Assembly (NCBI GenBank): GCA_902595195.1
Contig: CACJPC010000002.1
Coordinates: 42,270 to 106,269, forward strand
Direction of reading: 5' to 3'
DNA length: 64,000 nt
Source of the DNA: an uncultured Candidatus Actinomarina sp.
GTDB lineage: Bacteria > Actinomycetota > Acidimicrobiia > Actinomarinales > Actinomarinaceae
Below are positions 38,300 to 47,002 of this stretch, piece by piece. How positions within the stretch are numbered: position 1 is the first letter of the stretch; each line of letters starts with the position of its first letter. A model generated the notes under the pieces. It made no database searches. It saw only the letters and a list, made by a program, of their open reading frames with translations, and was not told the origin of the DNA. The position numbers and the translations under genes are program-made.

Positions 38300-39223
38300 T
38301 TAAAGAGCTACAGATTCATCCCCAGCTAAAATTTTTTTTATATTTTCAATAGTTTCTAAACCCGCTTTAAGTTGAGCTTCATTTGTAGATGCTCCGATGT
38401 GTGGAGTGGTAACTAGATTCAAGCCATTATATCGATCTACATTTTCTGGAGGTTCATTTGAATATACATCTAGCCCAGCTCCAAAAATTTTTTCTGATTC
38501 TAAGAGTTCAAATAAATAATCTTCGTCCAAAACACCACCTCTTGAAGTATTTACAATTATTGAACTGGGTTTGAGTAAATCTAGCATATCCTTAGAAATC
38601 AAATTTTCTGTATCTTTAGTCTTAATTACATGAATTGATACAACATCTGCAGTTCTTAGTAAGTCATCAAGCTCGACACTTTCTTCTGAACCATTCCAAT
38701 CCGTAACATATGGATCATAAAATACAATTGACATACCAAAACTTTTCATTCTATCTGCGACTAAACGACCAGCTTTACCAAAGCCAACTATTCCTAGTGT
38801 TTTTCCATAAAGTTCATAGCCTAGAAATTCAGATCTGTTCCATTCACCTTTCTTAAGATGCGAATCAGCAAGACTTAATTTTCTAGATGCACTAATTATT
38901 AAAGCAACTGTTAACTCAACAACAGATATTAAATTAGCTGAGGGAGCATTAGTAACAAAAATGTTTTTAGATTTTGCAAAATCTAAATCAACATTATCTA
39001 TCCCAACACCACACCTAGCTATTATTTTTAGTTGTTCTGCTTTGTCTAAAACTTCTTTTGTTAATTTCGTAGCACTCCGAATCACTACAATTTCACTATC
39101 TTTTATATGATTAGCTAAGTCTTCATCTTTTGATAAAGATTTAGATATGTCAAAACAATCCCCAATTTTTTCGAGCTCTTTATAAACTTGTTGGTTTAAA
39201 TTATCACAGATAAGTATTTTCAT
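38300..39223 (-). CDS. D-isomer-specific 2-hydroxyacid dehydrogenase (short SerA-like phosphoglycerate dehydrogenase without an ACT domain)
   Basis: 307 aa. NAD-binding GxGxxG region GIVGFGKAGRLVA. Catalytic pattern of the 2-hydroxyacid dehydrogenase family. Confidence 0.75.
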   Translation of the reverse strand: MKILICDNLNQQVYKELEKIGDCFDISKSLSKDEDLANHIKDSEIVVIRSATKLTKEVLDKAEQLKIIARCGVGIDNVDLDFAKSKNIFVTNAPSANLISVVELTVALIISASRKLSLADSHLKKGEWNRSEFLGYELYGKTLGIVGFGKAGRLVADRMKSFGMSIVFYDPYVTDWNGSEESVELDDLLRTADVVSIHVIKTKDTENLISKDMLDLLKPSSIIVNTSRGGVLDEDYLFELLESEKIFGAGLDVYSNEPPENVDRYNGLNLVTTPHIGASTNEAQLKAGLETIENIKKILAGDESVAL

Positions 39224-39228
39224 TTTAT

Positions 39229-40017
39229 TTATTGAAGTTTTGATAATGCCTGTTCGTGAATTTGCTTTGATGCAGATGCAAGTACATAAACATTGCTTTC
39301 ATCAAAATTTAATTTTTTACCCTCCCAATCTGTCATGATACCACCAGCGCCCTCAACAATTTTAATTAGTGGCAAATAATCATGTGGAAAAGATAGTCGC
39401 TCAGCGACAATATCTATATGACCACTGGCTAGAAGTCCATAGTTATAACAATCACTTCCAGTAGTAGTTACTTTTACAGATTGTTCTAGCGACTGGTAAG
39501 CTCTCCATTTTTTCATTCCAAATTCATGACTAGAGGTTGTGGCCATTACTGCATCTTCTAATTTTTCAACAGACTTACAGATAGTTGGCTGGTTATTTAC
39601 TTTTGTAAGGTCAGGTTGGAATGAAGACCATCTTTCGCTTAAGGCCGGACAATCTATAACGCCTGCAACTAACTGATCTTCAATGACTAATGAAATTAAA
39701 GTACCAAAATCATGTTTACCAGCTAAAAAGCTCCTAGTTCCATCAATAGGATCAATGTACCAAGTGATGTTTTCTGTACCAATAACCTCTTTATATTCTT
39801 CTCCAATAATATTGTGATTTGGGTAATGATTAAGAATTTGTGTTCTAATATAATTTTCTATCTCTTTATCTGCCTTGGTTACTGGACTCATATCTCTTTT
39901 GAGTGACAAATCTTTTATATCACGAAAATATTTCAGAGCAATTTTTCCTGTATTATCTAAAATATCATTTATAAATATTTCAAAATCATTCGTTCTATTA
40001 TCAACCATGAATACCAA
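39229..40017 (-). CDS. Inositol monophosphatase-family phosphatase (SuhB/HisN/CysQ-like)
   Basis: WYIDPIDGTRSFL metal-binding motif. 262 aa. Confidence 0.8.
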   Translation of the reverse strand: MVFMVDNRTNDFEIFINDILDNTGKIALKYFRDIKDLSLKRDMSPVTKADKEIENYIRTQILNHYPNHNIIGEEYKEVIGTENITWYIDPIDGTRSFLAGKHDFGTLISLVIEDQLVAGVIDCPALSERWSSFQPDLTKVNNQPTICKSVEKLEDAVMATTSSHEFGMKKWRAYQSLEQSVKVTTTGSDCYNYGLLASGHIDIVAERLSFPHDYLPLIKIVEGAGGIMTDWEGKKLNFDESNVYVLASASKQIHEQALSKLQ

Positions 40018-40087
40018 TTAAATTAAATGTAATTCTATCTGAAGTATGAATTCATATGGTTAATTAACAAAGTTTTAACAATAAAGG

Positions 40088-40336
40088 TTAAATGTAATTT
40101 AATTGTTTTAGTTTTAACTCCAATTCAACATCAGATGGCTCAACTAGAAAAGTATCGTCCTCAAATACAATAGTTGGAATTCTTCTCTGGTTGTTTTGTA
40201 ATTTTGTTATGTATTCATTTGCTTCTGAGTTGATATCTACATTGATTTCTTCGAAATCTACATTCAACTTGTTAAGTAAAGCTTTAGATCGTACACAATC
40301 ACCACACCAGTCAGTTGTGTAGAATTTAATATTCAT
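40088..40336 (-). CDS. Glutaredoxin-like (NrdH/mycoredoxin-type) small redox protein
   Basis: 82 aa, thioredoxin-fold active site WCGDC near the N-terminus. Cis-Pro region RIPTIVF. Confidence 0.7.
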   Translation of the reverse strand: MNIKFYTTDWCGDCVRSKALLNKLNVDFEEINVDINSEANEYITKLQNNQRRIPTIVFEDDTFLVEPSDVELELKLKQLNYI

Positions 40337-40338
40337 AT

Positions 40339-40620
40339 CTAGGAATTTCCTTGTAATTGACTAAATAACTCAAGAAAGTTATTAAAAAATAATGACAGAT
40401 CACTTAAAGTTTTAAATGCTTCTCCAAATTGTAATTGTAGTGAAGAAACAACATCTGCAGTAGCGTTTAGTTTTGGAAGTAATGCTTGAATATCTTGAAT
40501 TACAGACATCACAGTCTCAATTTCAGAATTGATTACCTGCACATAATTGTAAAAATAAATCCCTGCACCTATTAGTAGAGATAAGGTTAAGACTTGTAAA
40601 AATAAAACTACTCGAAGCAA
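40339..40620 (-). CDS. Small N-terminally TM-anchored hypothetical protein
   Basis: 93 aa. TM LFLQVLTLSLLIGAGIYFY followed by a helical segment. Sandwiched with 1-3 nt spacing between trxA and the glutaredoxin-like gene. Confidence 0.4.
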   Translation of the reverse strand: MLRVVLFLQVLTLSLLIGAGIYFYNYVQVINSEIETVMSVIQDIQALLPKLNATADVVSSLQLQFGEAFKTLSDLSLFFNNFLELFSQLQGNS

Positions 40621-40621
40621 C

Positions 40622-40930
40622 TTAGATTAAAGCGGAAACTTTTTCTTTAATTACTTCTTTTGGCTGCACACCAACAAAACGTTCTTTGACTTCTCCGCCT
40701 TTTAACATAACTACTGTTGGTACTCCCATAACTCCATTGGCTCCAGCGATATCTGGATGTTGATCGACGTCAAGCTTAACAAACTCGACTCCCTCAACTT
40801 CACTTGATAACTCTTCAAGGATTGGACTTAAAACTTTGCATGGACCACACCATGTTGCGTGAAAATCAATAACAACTGGCGAATCGGAATTAAGTAATTC
40901 GCTATATTCTTGTGCATTTATATCTTTCAT
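40622..40930 (-). CDS. trxA: Thioredoxin
   Basis: WCGPCK active site. 102 aa. Confidence 0.9.
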   Translation of the reverse strand: MKDINAQEYSELLNSDSPVVIDFHATWCGPCKVLSPILEELSSEVEGVEFVKLDVDQHPDIAGANGVMGVPTVVMLKGGEVKERFVGVQPKEVIKEKVSALI

Positions 40931-41029
40931 TAATTCACTCCTTATTGTTTTATAAGTTTATAGTTGTTGAATTTATACGAGTAACTTTCAAAAGGAAATA
41001 TATAGTAAAAATTACTTATAATTATCACT

Positions 41030-42559
41030 ATGAATAACATAATCGTCTCACCTCACTATTTATCTACAGATATTGCTTCTCAAATATATAACAAAGGTGG
41101 AAATGCAGTTGATGCTGCTATTGCAACTAATCTTATTCAAGGTATCGTAGCACCAGAAACTTGTGGTATTGGTGGAGACCTATTTGCGCTAGTTTGGGAT
41201 CCATCAAAAAATGAACCCGATTTTTTAGACGCTTCCGGATATGCTGGTACTTTTGCAAACCCTGATGATTTACAAAATATGGAGTCAATACCATTAAATC
41301 ATCCATTATCTGTAACTGTTCCAGGTGCAGTTGCAGGATGGATAGAGCTCAGTAAAAAATATGGCAATTTAAAAGTACAGGAAATTTTAGATCTAGGAAT
41401 AGATTTATGTCACGAGGGTTTTGAAATCAACGAAGAACTTTATAATTCTCTAACTATACACAAAGAGGAACTCAGCGGACAGGCATCTGGATATGGGTTT
41501 TACAGAGATAACCAGCCTTTTGAAAAAGGTAAAGTGATAAGGCGTCCTCAATTAGGAAAGACTCTAGAGCAATTAAAAACCAATGGCCTTGAATATTTTT
41601 ATGATAGTGAAATTGCAAAATCGATCTCTTCAAGTGTAAATGGAATTTTATCATTGGATGATTTAAGAAATTATAAAGCTGAATGGAAAAAGCCTCTGCA
41701 TACAAATATTTATGGGTTTGATGGCTGGACATCACCTCCACATACTCAGGGTTACCTAACTTTATCAACATTGAAAGCAATTGAGATGTTAGATACTGAG
41801 AACGATGATATACATAAAATTATTGAGACATACAGAATTCTTGCCGCAGATCGAGACAATATTACTTACGATTATGGAAAAAATATAAAAGATTTTAAAG
41901 GCGTTGATGTAGATTACTTACAAGAAAAAATAAAGCTATTCAACCCAAATCATTCCGAAAAATTTGATTTTCCTAAACCACATGGTGGAGGAACAGCATA
42001 TATGAACACAATTGATAAAGACGGATTAGGAGTATCACTTATACAATCTAATTTTCACGGAATTGGGAGCAGGATAGGTGTAGGAAGTTTTGGATTTTTC
42101 CTACACAACAGAGGATGTGGATTTAATCTAGACTCAAAACACCCAAATTATTTATTACCAGGAAGGAAACCGCTTCATACTCTTTCACCAACAATTTGGT
42201 CTAAAAATGGAAATTTAGAATTTATAGCTGGCACCAGAGGAGGAAGATACCAACCTCAACTATTAATTCAAACAATACTGCCTTATATTCAAAAATCAGA
42301 TTCTTTTGAAGAAATAATTAAAGAACCCAGATGGGTTATAGAAAATTTTTCTAGTGAAACGACATCAAAATTAAGATTCGAAAAAATTAATAATGAAGAT
42401 TTAGAAATTTTACTTAAAAAAGGGCACGAAGTTGAAGTAGAAAATAAACTTAACAAAGCTTATGGTCCTATTTCAATTATTTATAAAAAGGATGACGGAA
42501 ACTTTGAAGGTGTTTGTGATGTTAGAGTAGGTACTGAAAAAGTTTTTAATAGTTTTTAA
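41030..42559 (+). CDS. ggt: Gamma-glutamyltranspeptidase-family protein
   Basis: N-terminus GGNAVDAAIATNLIQGIVAPETCGIGGDLFALVWD and the autoprocessing/nucleophile region HGGGTAYMNTID. 509 aa. Confidence 0.8.
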   Translation: MNNIIVSPHYLSTDIASQIYNKGGNAVDAAIATNLIQGIVAPETCGIGGDLFALVWDPSKNEPDFLDASGYAGTFANPDDLQNMESIPLNHPLSVTVPGAVAGWIELSKKYGNLKVQEILDLGIDLCHEGFEINEELYNSLTIHKEELSGQASGYGFYRDNQPFEKGKVIRRPQLGKTLEQLKTNGLEYFYDSEIAKSISSSVNGILSLDDLRNYKAEWKKPLHTNIYGFDGWTSPPHTQGYLTLSTLKAIEMLDTENDDIHKIIETYRILAADRDNITYDYGKNIKDFKGVDVDYLQEKIKLFNPNHSEKFDFPKPHGGGTAYMNTIDKDGLGVSLIQSNFHGIGSRIGVGSFGFFLHNRGCGFNLDSKHPNYLLPGRKPLHTLSPTIWSKNGNLEFIAGTRGGRYQPQLLIQTILPYIQKSDSFEEIIKEPRWVIENFSSETTSKLRFEKINNEDLEILLKKGHEVEVENKLNKAYGPISIIYKKDDGNFEGVCDVRVGTEKVFNSF

Positions 42560-42992
42560 TTTCTTTTTTATGCTGTTTTTCAATAAGTTTTTTTCTTTTA
42601 TCGTAGTCTTTTTTACCTCTAGCAAGAGCAAGCTCTACTTTTATATACCCATTTTTTTCAAAAATTTTTGTAGCGATTAATGTAAATCCTTTTTGGGAAG
42701 TTAAACCTATTAGTTTTTTTATCTCACCTTTGTGAAGTAAAAGTTTTCTTTGATTTTTTGGATTGTAATCTGTCTGGTCCGCATATTTATATGGCTCAAT
42801 GTTCATTTCCATAAGAAATGCTTCCTCATTTTCAATTATTGCGAATGCGTCAACAATTGAAACCGCACCAGTTCTGACACTCTTAGTTTCTGGACCAGTT
42901 AAGACAATTCCAGCTTCATAAAACTCTTGAAATTCATAAGAATTTCTCGCTTTTCTATTTTCTGCAAATACTTTCATCAATCTAGAAAACAA
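42546..42992 (-). CDS. smpB: SsrA-binding protein
   Basis: KVFAENRKARNSYEFQEFYEAGIVLTGPETKSVR is the SmpB signature. 148 aa. Confidence 0.9.
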   Translation of the reverse strand: MFSRLMKVFAENRKARNSYEFQEFYEAGIVLTGPETKSVRTGAVSIVDAFAIIENEEAFLMEMNIEPYKYADQTDYNPKNQRKLLLHKGEIKKLIGLTSQKGFTLIATKIFEKNGYIKVELALARGKKDYDKRKKLIEKQHKKEIKNY

Positions 42993-44350
42993 TAAGGATT
43001 CACTCTACCTCTAGAAGTTGGATCAAGATATGGTAATGAACAATTAGCCGAACTTGGATTCTTTAATCTTACTTCAAAGTGTAAATGTGGTCCTGTAGAA
43101 CGACCTGTAGAGCCAACTGTTCCAATTTGGTCACCTGTAACTACAGTTTGACCAACTGAAACTAAAATTTTATCCATATGGAAATATAAAGTTGTCATTC
43201 CTCCGCCATGATCAATGAATACAGTCCTTCCAGCTAGACCGTAATATCTTGCAAGAATAACTACACCACCTGCAGCTGCTTTAATTGGCGTGCCTCTACT
43301 TGCTGCTATATCAATAGCGCCATGAAAACTGGTTGTTCCTCCAAGTCTTCTCCATTTGTATCCACTAGAAACATAACCCGTTGTTACAGGCCAACTTAGT
43401 TTGTTTGGAGCAACACCTCCTACACTACTTAACCTTTCTATATCTGCCTGGATTGCATCTTCAAGTTTTTCTAAATCAGCATGTTCTTTATCTAGCTTTT
43501 CTAATTCTTTATTAGCTTGGTTTAATAGACTTTGAGCATTTTGCCTAGCTCTAAGAACCTGAGATTTTTTAGCCTCAACTTGCCTTTTCTCTCTTTCTAC
43601 AGTTTCTTTTTTCTCTTCTACTTCTTCAGCAAATTCTTCAGCTTCAATAGAAATTTCAGTTTTTCTTGTTTCCTCATTTTGTAAGAGATTAACTATTTCT
43701 TCCCTTTCTTCTTCTCTTTCAGTTAAAAATACTGTCTGAGTTGAAGCAAGATTTTTTAAAGCATTTAGTTGTTCAACGATCTCATAAGCTGAGTCAACAA
43801 TTGTGGAGGCATATCCTAGGGCAACTAAAAACCTTGATAATTCATTTAATTCCACGAACAATGCTGTTGTAGGACTCATAACACCATTTATGTAGAGGCT
43901 TACAGCTTGTTCTTGTAACTTATCATCTGCTTCTACCAAGTTTTTTTGAGTTTCAAACAATTCGTCAGATACATTAGATATTTCATTTTTAATTTTTCCA
44001 AGTTTTGTTTGTTCTTGAACAATCGTCTGCTGAACTTCAGCCAAGTCATTTAAAGTTCCATCGTAATTTTCTAATGCTTTTTCTAATTCCCTTTCAGCAG
44101 CAGAAAGCCTTGATTGTACTTCTGCAAGCTCTTGGTTGACTTGTTGCAAATCTTTATCGTTTTCCAAAATAGCATTTTCAAGATCAGTAAGTTGTCCTTC
44201 GTAGTTGCTGATTTGCTCAGCGATTGCCTGAAGTTGTCTTTCAACTTCTATCAATCTATCCTCTGCAGTTATAGCCATTGAATTTGTTGGAAACATTAAT
44301 GTCAAAACTAGAAATATTGGCAGTGAAAGTGTTAAAAACCTTCTAATCAT
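42977..44350 (-). CDS. Secreted coiled-coil + M23 (LytM) peptidase, FtsEX-associated cell-wall hydrolase (EnvC/PcsB-like)
   Basis: Signal peptide, ~300 aa of heptad-rich coiled coil, then C-terminal FHGAIDIAASRGTPIKAAAGGVV...DHGGGMTTLYFHM M23 motifs. Directly downstream of ftsX. Confidence 0.8.
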   Translation of the reverse strand: MIRRFLTLSLPIFLVLTLMFPTNSMAITAEDRLIEVERQLQAIAEQISNYEGQLTDLENAILENDKDLQQVNQELAEVQSRLSAAERELEKALENYDGTLNDLAEVQQTIVQEQTKLGKIKNEISNVSDELFETQKNLVEADDKLQEQAVSLYINGVMSPTTALFVELNELSRFLVALGYASTIVDSAYEIVEQLNALKNLASTQTVFLTEREEEREEIVNLLQNEETRKTEISIEAEEFAEEVEEKKETVEREKRQVEAKKSQVLRARQNAQSLLNQANKELEKLDKEHADLEKLEDAIQADIERLSSVGGVAPNKLSWPVTTGYVSSGYKWRRLGGTTSFHGAIDIAASRGTPIKAAAGGVVILARYYGLAGRTVFIDHGGGMTTLYFHMDKILVSVGQTVVTGDQIGTVGSTGRSTGPHLHFEVRLKNPSSANCSLPYLDPTSRGRVNPYCFLD

Positions 44351-45218
44351 TTAATACTTTCCTTATGCCCACAAAAGAAGCAAACAATCCAAAAATTATT
44401 GAGGACAATAGTAGAACCAAAGTTAGGTAAATTAAATAACTATCAGAAATTGTAATGTCGAAAATGCTTTCAGCTACTATCGAATTTTTAGAATACTCAA
44501 TTATTCCCCACCCAAGACCAACAGCAATACTAGTTCCAATTAAAGATTCGAAAACTGCTTCAAAAATAAATGGCAATCTAATATAAGTAGAAGATGCACC
44601 AACTAATCTCATTATTTTTATTTCTTTTTTCTTAGAATACGCAGCAAGCCTTAATGTATTAATAATAAGAATGAATGCTGCAAAACCTATAAGTAATGCA
44701 AATGTTGATGCTGAAATTACTAAGGTATTAGTCAAGCTTAATAATCTTTCTATAGCTTCACCACTTGTCCTTATTTCCTTAACTGCTGGATTACCATCCA
44801 TCCTCTCAATTATTAATTCATAATCAGATGGATCATTGAGATTTACCCTTAAAGACGAAGGTAGTTTTTCATAATCTACTTCACTTAATAATTCTGGTTG
44901 ATCTTTGAATAATATTTTAAATTCTTCCTCTGCTTCAGATTTAGTAAAATATTCAACAGTTCTAATCTCTGGGTAAGTTTCTAGTGACTCTTGTAATTGT
45001 TTATGTGCTGTAGTGGTAACCCTGTCATCAAGAAAAATTACAACATGCGTACCATTTTGCCATCTAACTGTGTTATTTTGAACAATAGATCTGGCTGAAA
45101 GGGTTGTAAAAACTAAAAAGCTAGATACCAACACCGCAATTATTGTTGCAAAAACCAATAAAGGAGTTCTTCTCATATTTAGAATTGTATTTTTTATTAC
45201 ATATGAAAATTTGTTCAT
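44343..45218 (-). CDS. ftsX: Cell division ABC-transporter-like permease FtsX
   Basis: 4-TM topology with a large extracytoplasmic loop. Follows ftsE with a 4-nt gap. Confidence 0.85.
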   Translation of the reverse strand: MNKFSYVIKNTILNMRRTPLLVFATIIAVLVSSFLVFTTLSARSIVQNNTVRWQNGTHVVIFLDDRVTTTAHKQLQESLETYPEIRTVEYFTKSEAEEEFKILFKDQPELLSEVDYEKLPSSLRVNLNDPSDYELIIERMDGNPAVKEIRTSGEAIERLLSLTNTLVISASTFALLIGFAAFILIINTLRLAAYSKKKEIKIMRLVGASSTYIRLPFIFEAVFESLIGTSIAVGLGWGIIEYSKNSIVAESIFDITISDSYLIYLTLVLLLSSIIFGLFASFVGIRKVLND

Positions 45219-45221
45219 GAT

Positions 45222-45905
45222 TTACCTAAGAATATAACTTCCTTCACTTTCATCTCTTGCAATTTTTCCGTTTGCAAGTTCAATAACTCGTTTTTTTCTT
45301 CTATTCACGATTGAAGAATCATGTGTAGCCATAACAACTGTTGTTCCAGCTCTATTGATTTTTTCAAGCAAAGAAACTATCTGGATACTCAATTCAGGAT
45401 CAAGATTACCTGTAGGCTCATCACATAAAAGTACAAGTGGATTGTTAGCTAATGACCTTGCAATACTTACTCTTGTTTGTTCACCACCGGAAAGTTGGTC
45501 TGGATATTTAAAAGCATTTTCATTCAGCTCTACAAGATCTAATAAGGTATTTGTTTTAGATTCGATCTCATCATTTGGAGTTCCCATAACTTCTAAAGCA
45601 AAGGCTATATTTTCGTAGGTATTTCTCTTTTCTAGTAGTTGAGGCTCTTGAGTAACAATTCCAAGTTTTCTTCTTAACAGTGGTGTCTTCCATCTAGGCA
45701 GTTGAACAACATCGAGTCCTGCAACTTCAATACTTCCTTTTGTAGAAATGTACTCCTTATATAAAAGTTTAAGAAAAGAAGACTTTCCACTTCCAGAATG
45801 ACCAACAAGATAAACGAATTCTCCTTCGTTTATAGTCGTACTTATATTTGAAAGTGCAACACTTCCACCTTGAAATACTAATGAAACATTATCTAACTTA
45901 ATCAT
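45222..45905 (-). CDS. ftsE: Cell division ATP-binding protein FtsE
   Basis: Walker A GHSGSGKSS, signature LSGGEQTRVSIARSL, Walker B LLCDEPTGNLD. Confidence 0.9.
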   Translation of the reverse strand: MIKLDNVSLVFQGGSVALSNISTTINEGEFVYLVGHSGSGKSSFLKLLYKEYISTKGSIEVAGLDVVQLPRWKTPLLRRKLGIVTQEPQLLEKRNTYENIAFALEVMGTPNDEIESKTNTLLDLVELNENAFKYPDQLSGGEQTRVSIARSLANNPLVLLCDEPTGNLDPELSIQIVSLLEKINRAGTTVVMATHDSSIVNRRKKRVIELANGKIARDESEGSYILR

Positions 45906-47002
45906 TTATTCCCTGTCTACGCCATTTTAGGTACTCTTTAATAAATATGGAAATATCTCCATCAAGAACATTCTGTACATTGCCTACCTCAATACTGTTT
46001 CTAGCATCTTTTACTTGTTGATATGGTTGAAGTACATAAGACCTAATTTGCCTGCCCCATCCAGCCTCGTGCTGATCTCCTCTTATTTCATTCAATTTTT
46101 TCAATTCATCTTCTCTTTTTTTTAATAATAATTTTGTCTTTAAAAGCTCTAATGCTCTTGTTTTATTTTGAAGCTGAGATCTTTCTGCCTGACAAGCCAC
46201 AACTATTCCAGTAGCAATATGTGTAATTCGTACAGCTGAATCTGTAGTATTTACATGCTGCCCTCCTGCTCCAGAAGATCTATAAACATCAATTCTTATT
46301 TCATCATCTTGGATATTAATTTCGTCATTATTTTCAATTAAAGGAATTACATCTACTCCAGCAAAGCTAGTGTGTCTCCTTTTATTACTATCAAAAGGGC
46401 TAATTCTTACTAATCTATGAACTCCTCTTTCACTCTCTAAATTTGCATATGCTCTAAATCCATTGATTCTTATAGATGCTGACTTAATTCCCGCTTCCTC
46501 CCCTTGAGACATTTCTTCAATTTGATGATCTATGTTATTGCTGGAAAGGTGTCTTGTATACATTCTTAAAAGCATCTCAGCCCAATCATGAGCATCAACT
46601 CCACCAGCACCTGCATTAATAGTCAAAACTGCATTCAAGTCATCATACTTATCGAAATAAAGTGCTTCGTCTTCAATCTCCTCAATCATATTTTCTAATT
46701 TGTTTATTTCATCTTGATAGTCTTCTTCATTGATATTTTCTTCTTCAGTAAGCTCAATTAATTCTTTAAGCTCTTTGAGGTCATTTTCTAAACTGCTTAA
46801 AGATGTTATCAATTTTTCTATAGTAGAAGCTTCAATTGATACCTTTTGGGCATACTGCGGATTGTCCCAGAATCCTTTTTTATTTATCTCAAGGTTTAAT
46901 TGATCAAGCTTCTTTTTTTTGTTTTCAAAGTCAAAGATACCCCTTTGCTGAAATCAATCTTTCATTAAAAGTGTTAACTTTACTTAAGATTTCTTTATAC
47001 AT
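45898..47002 (-). CDS. prfB: Peptide chain release factor 2, expressed through a +1 programmed frameshift. ORF0 is 47002..46934 plus UGA; the main frame continues from GAC at 46932 to the stop at 45898.
   Basis: ORF0 MYKEILSKVNTFNERLISAKGYL-stop, compare E. coli ...ERSDVLRGYL-stop. After the shift: DFENKKKKLDQLNLEINKKGFWDNPQYAQKVSIEASTIEKLITSLSSLENDLKEL..., contiguous with the track ORF. GGQ motif SGAGGQHVNTTDSAVR present. Confidence 0.85.
46930..46945 (-). promoter_or_regulatory. prfB +1 programmed frameshift site (internal SD-like AAGGGG + UAU CUU UGA C)
   Basis: Minus-strand sequence AAGGGGTATCTTTGAC is nearly identical to E. coli prfB AGGGGGUAUCUUUGAC. Confidence 0.85.
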
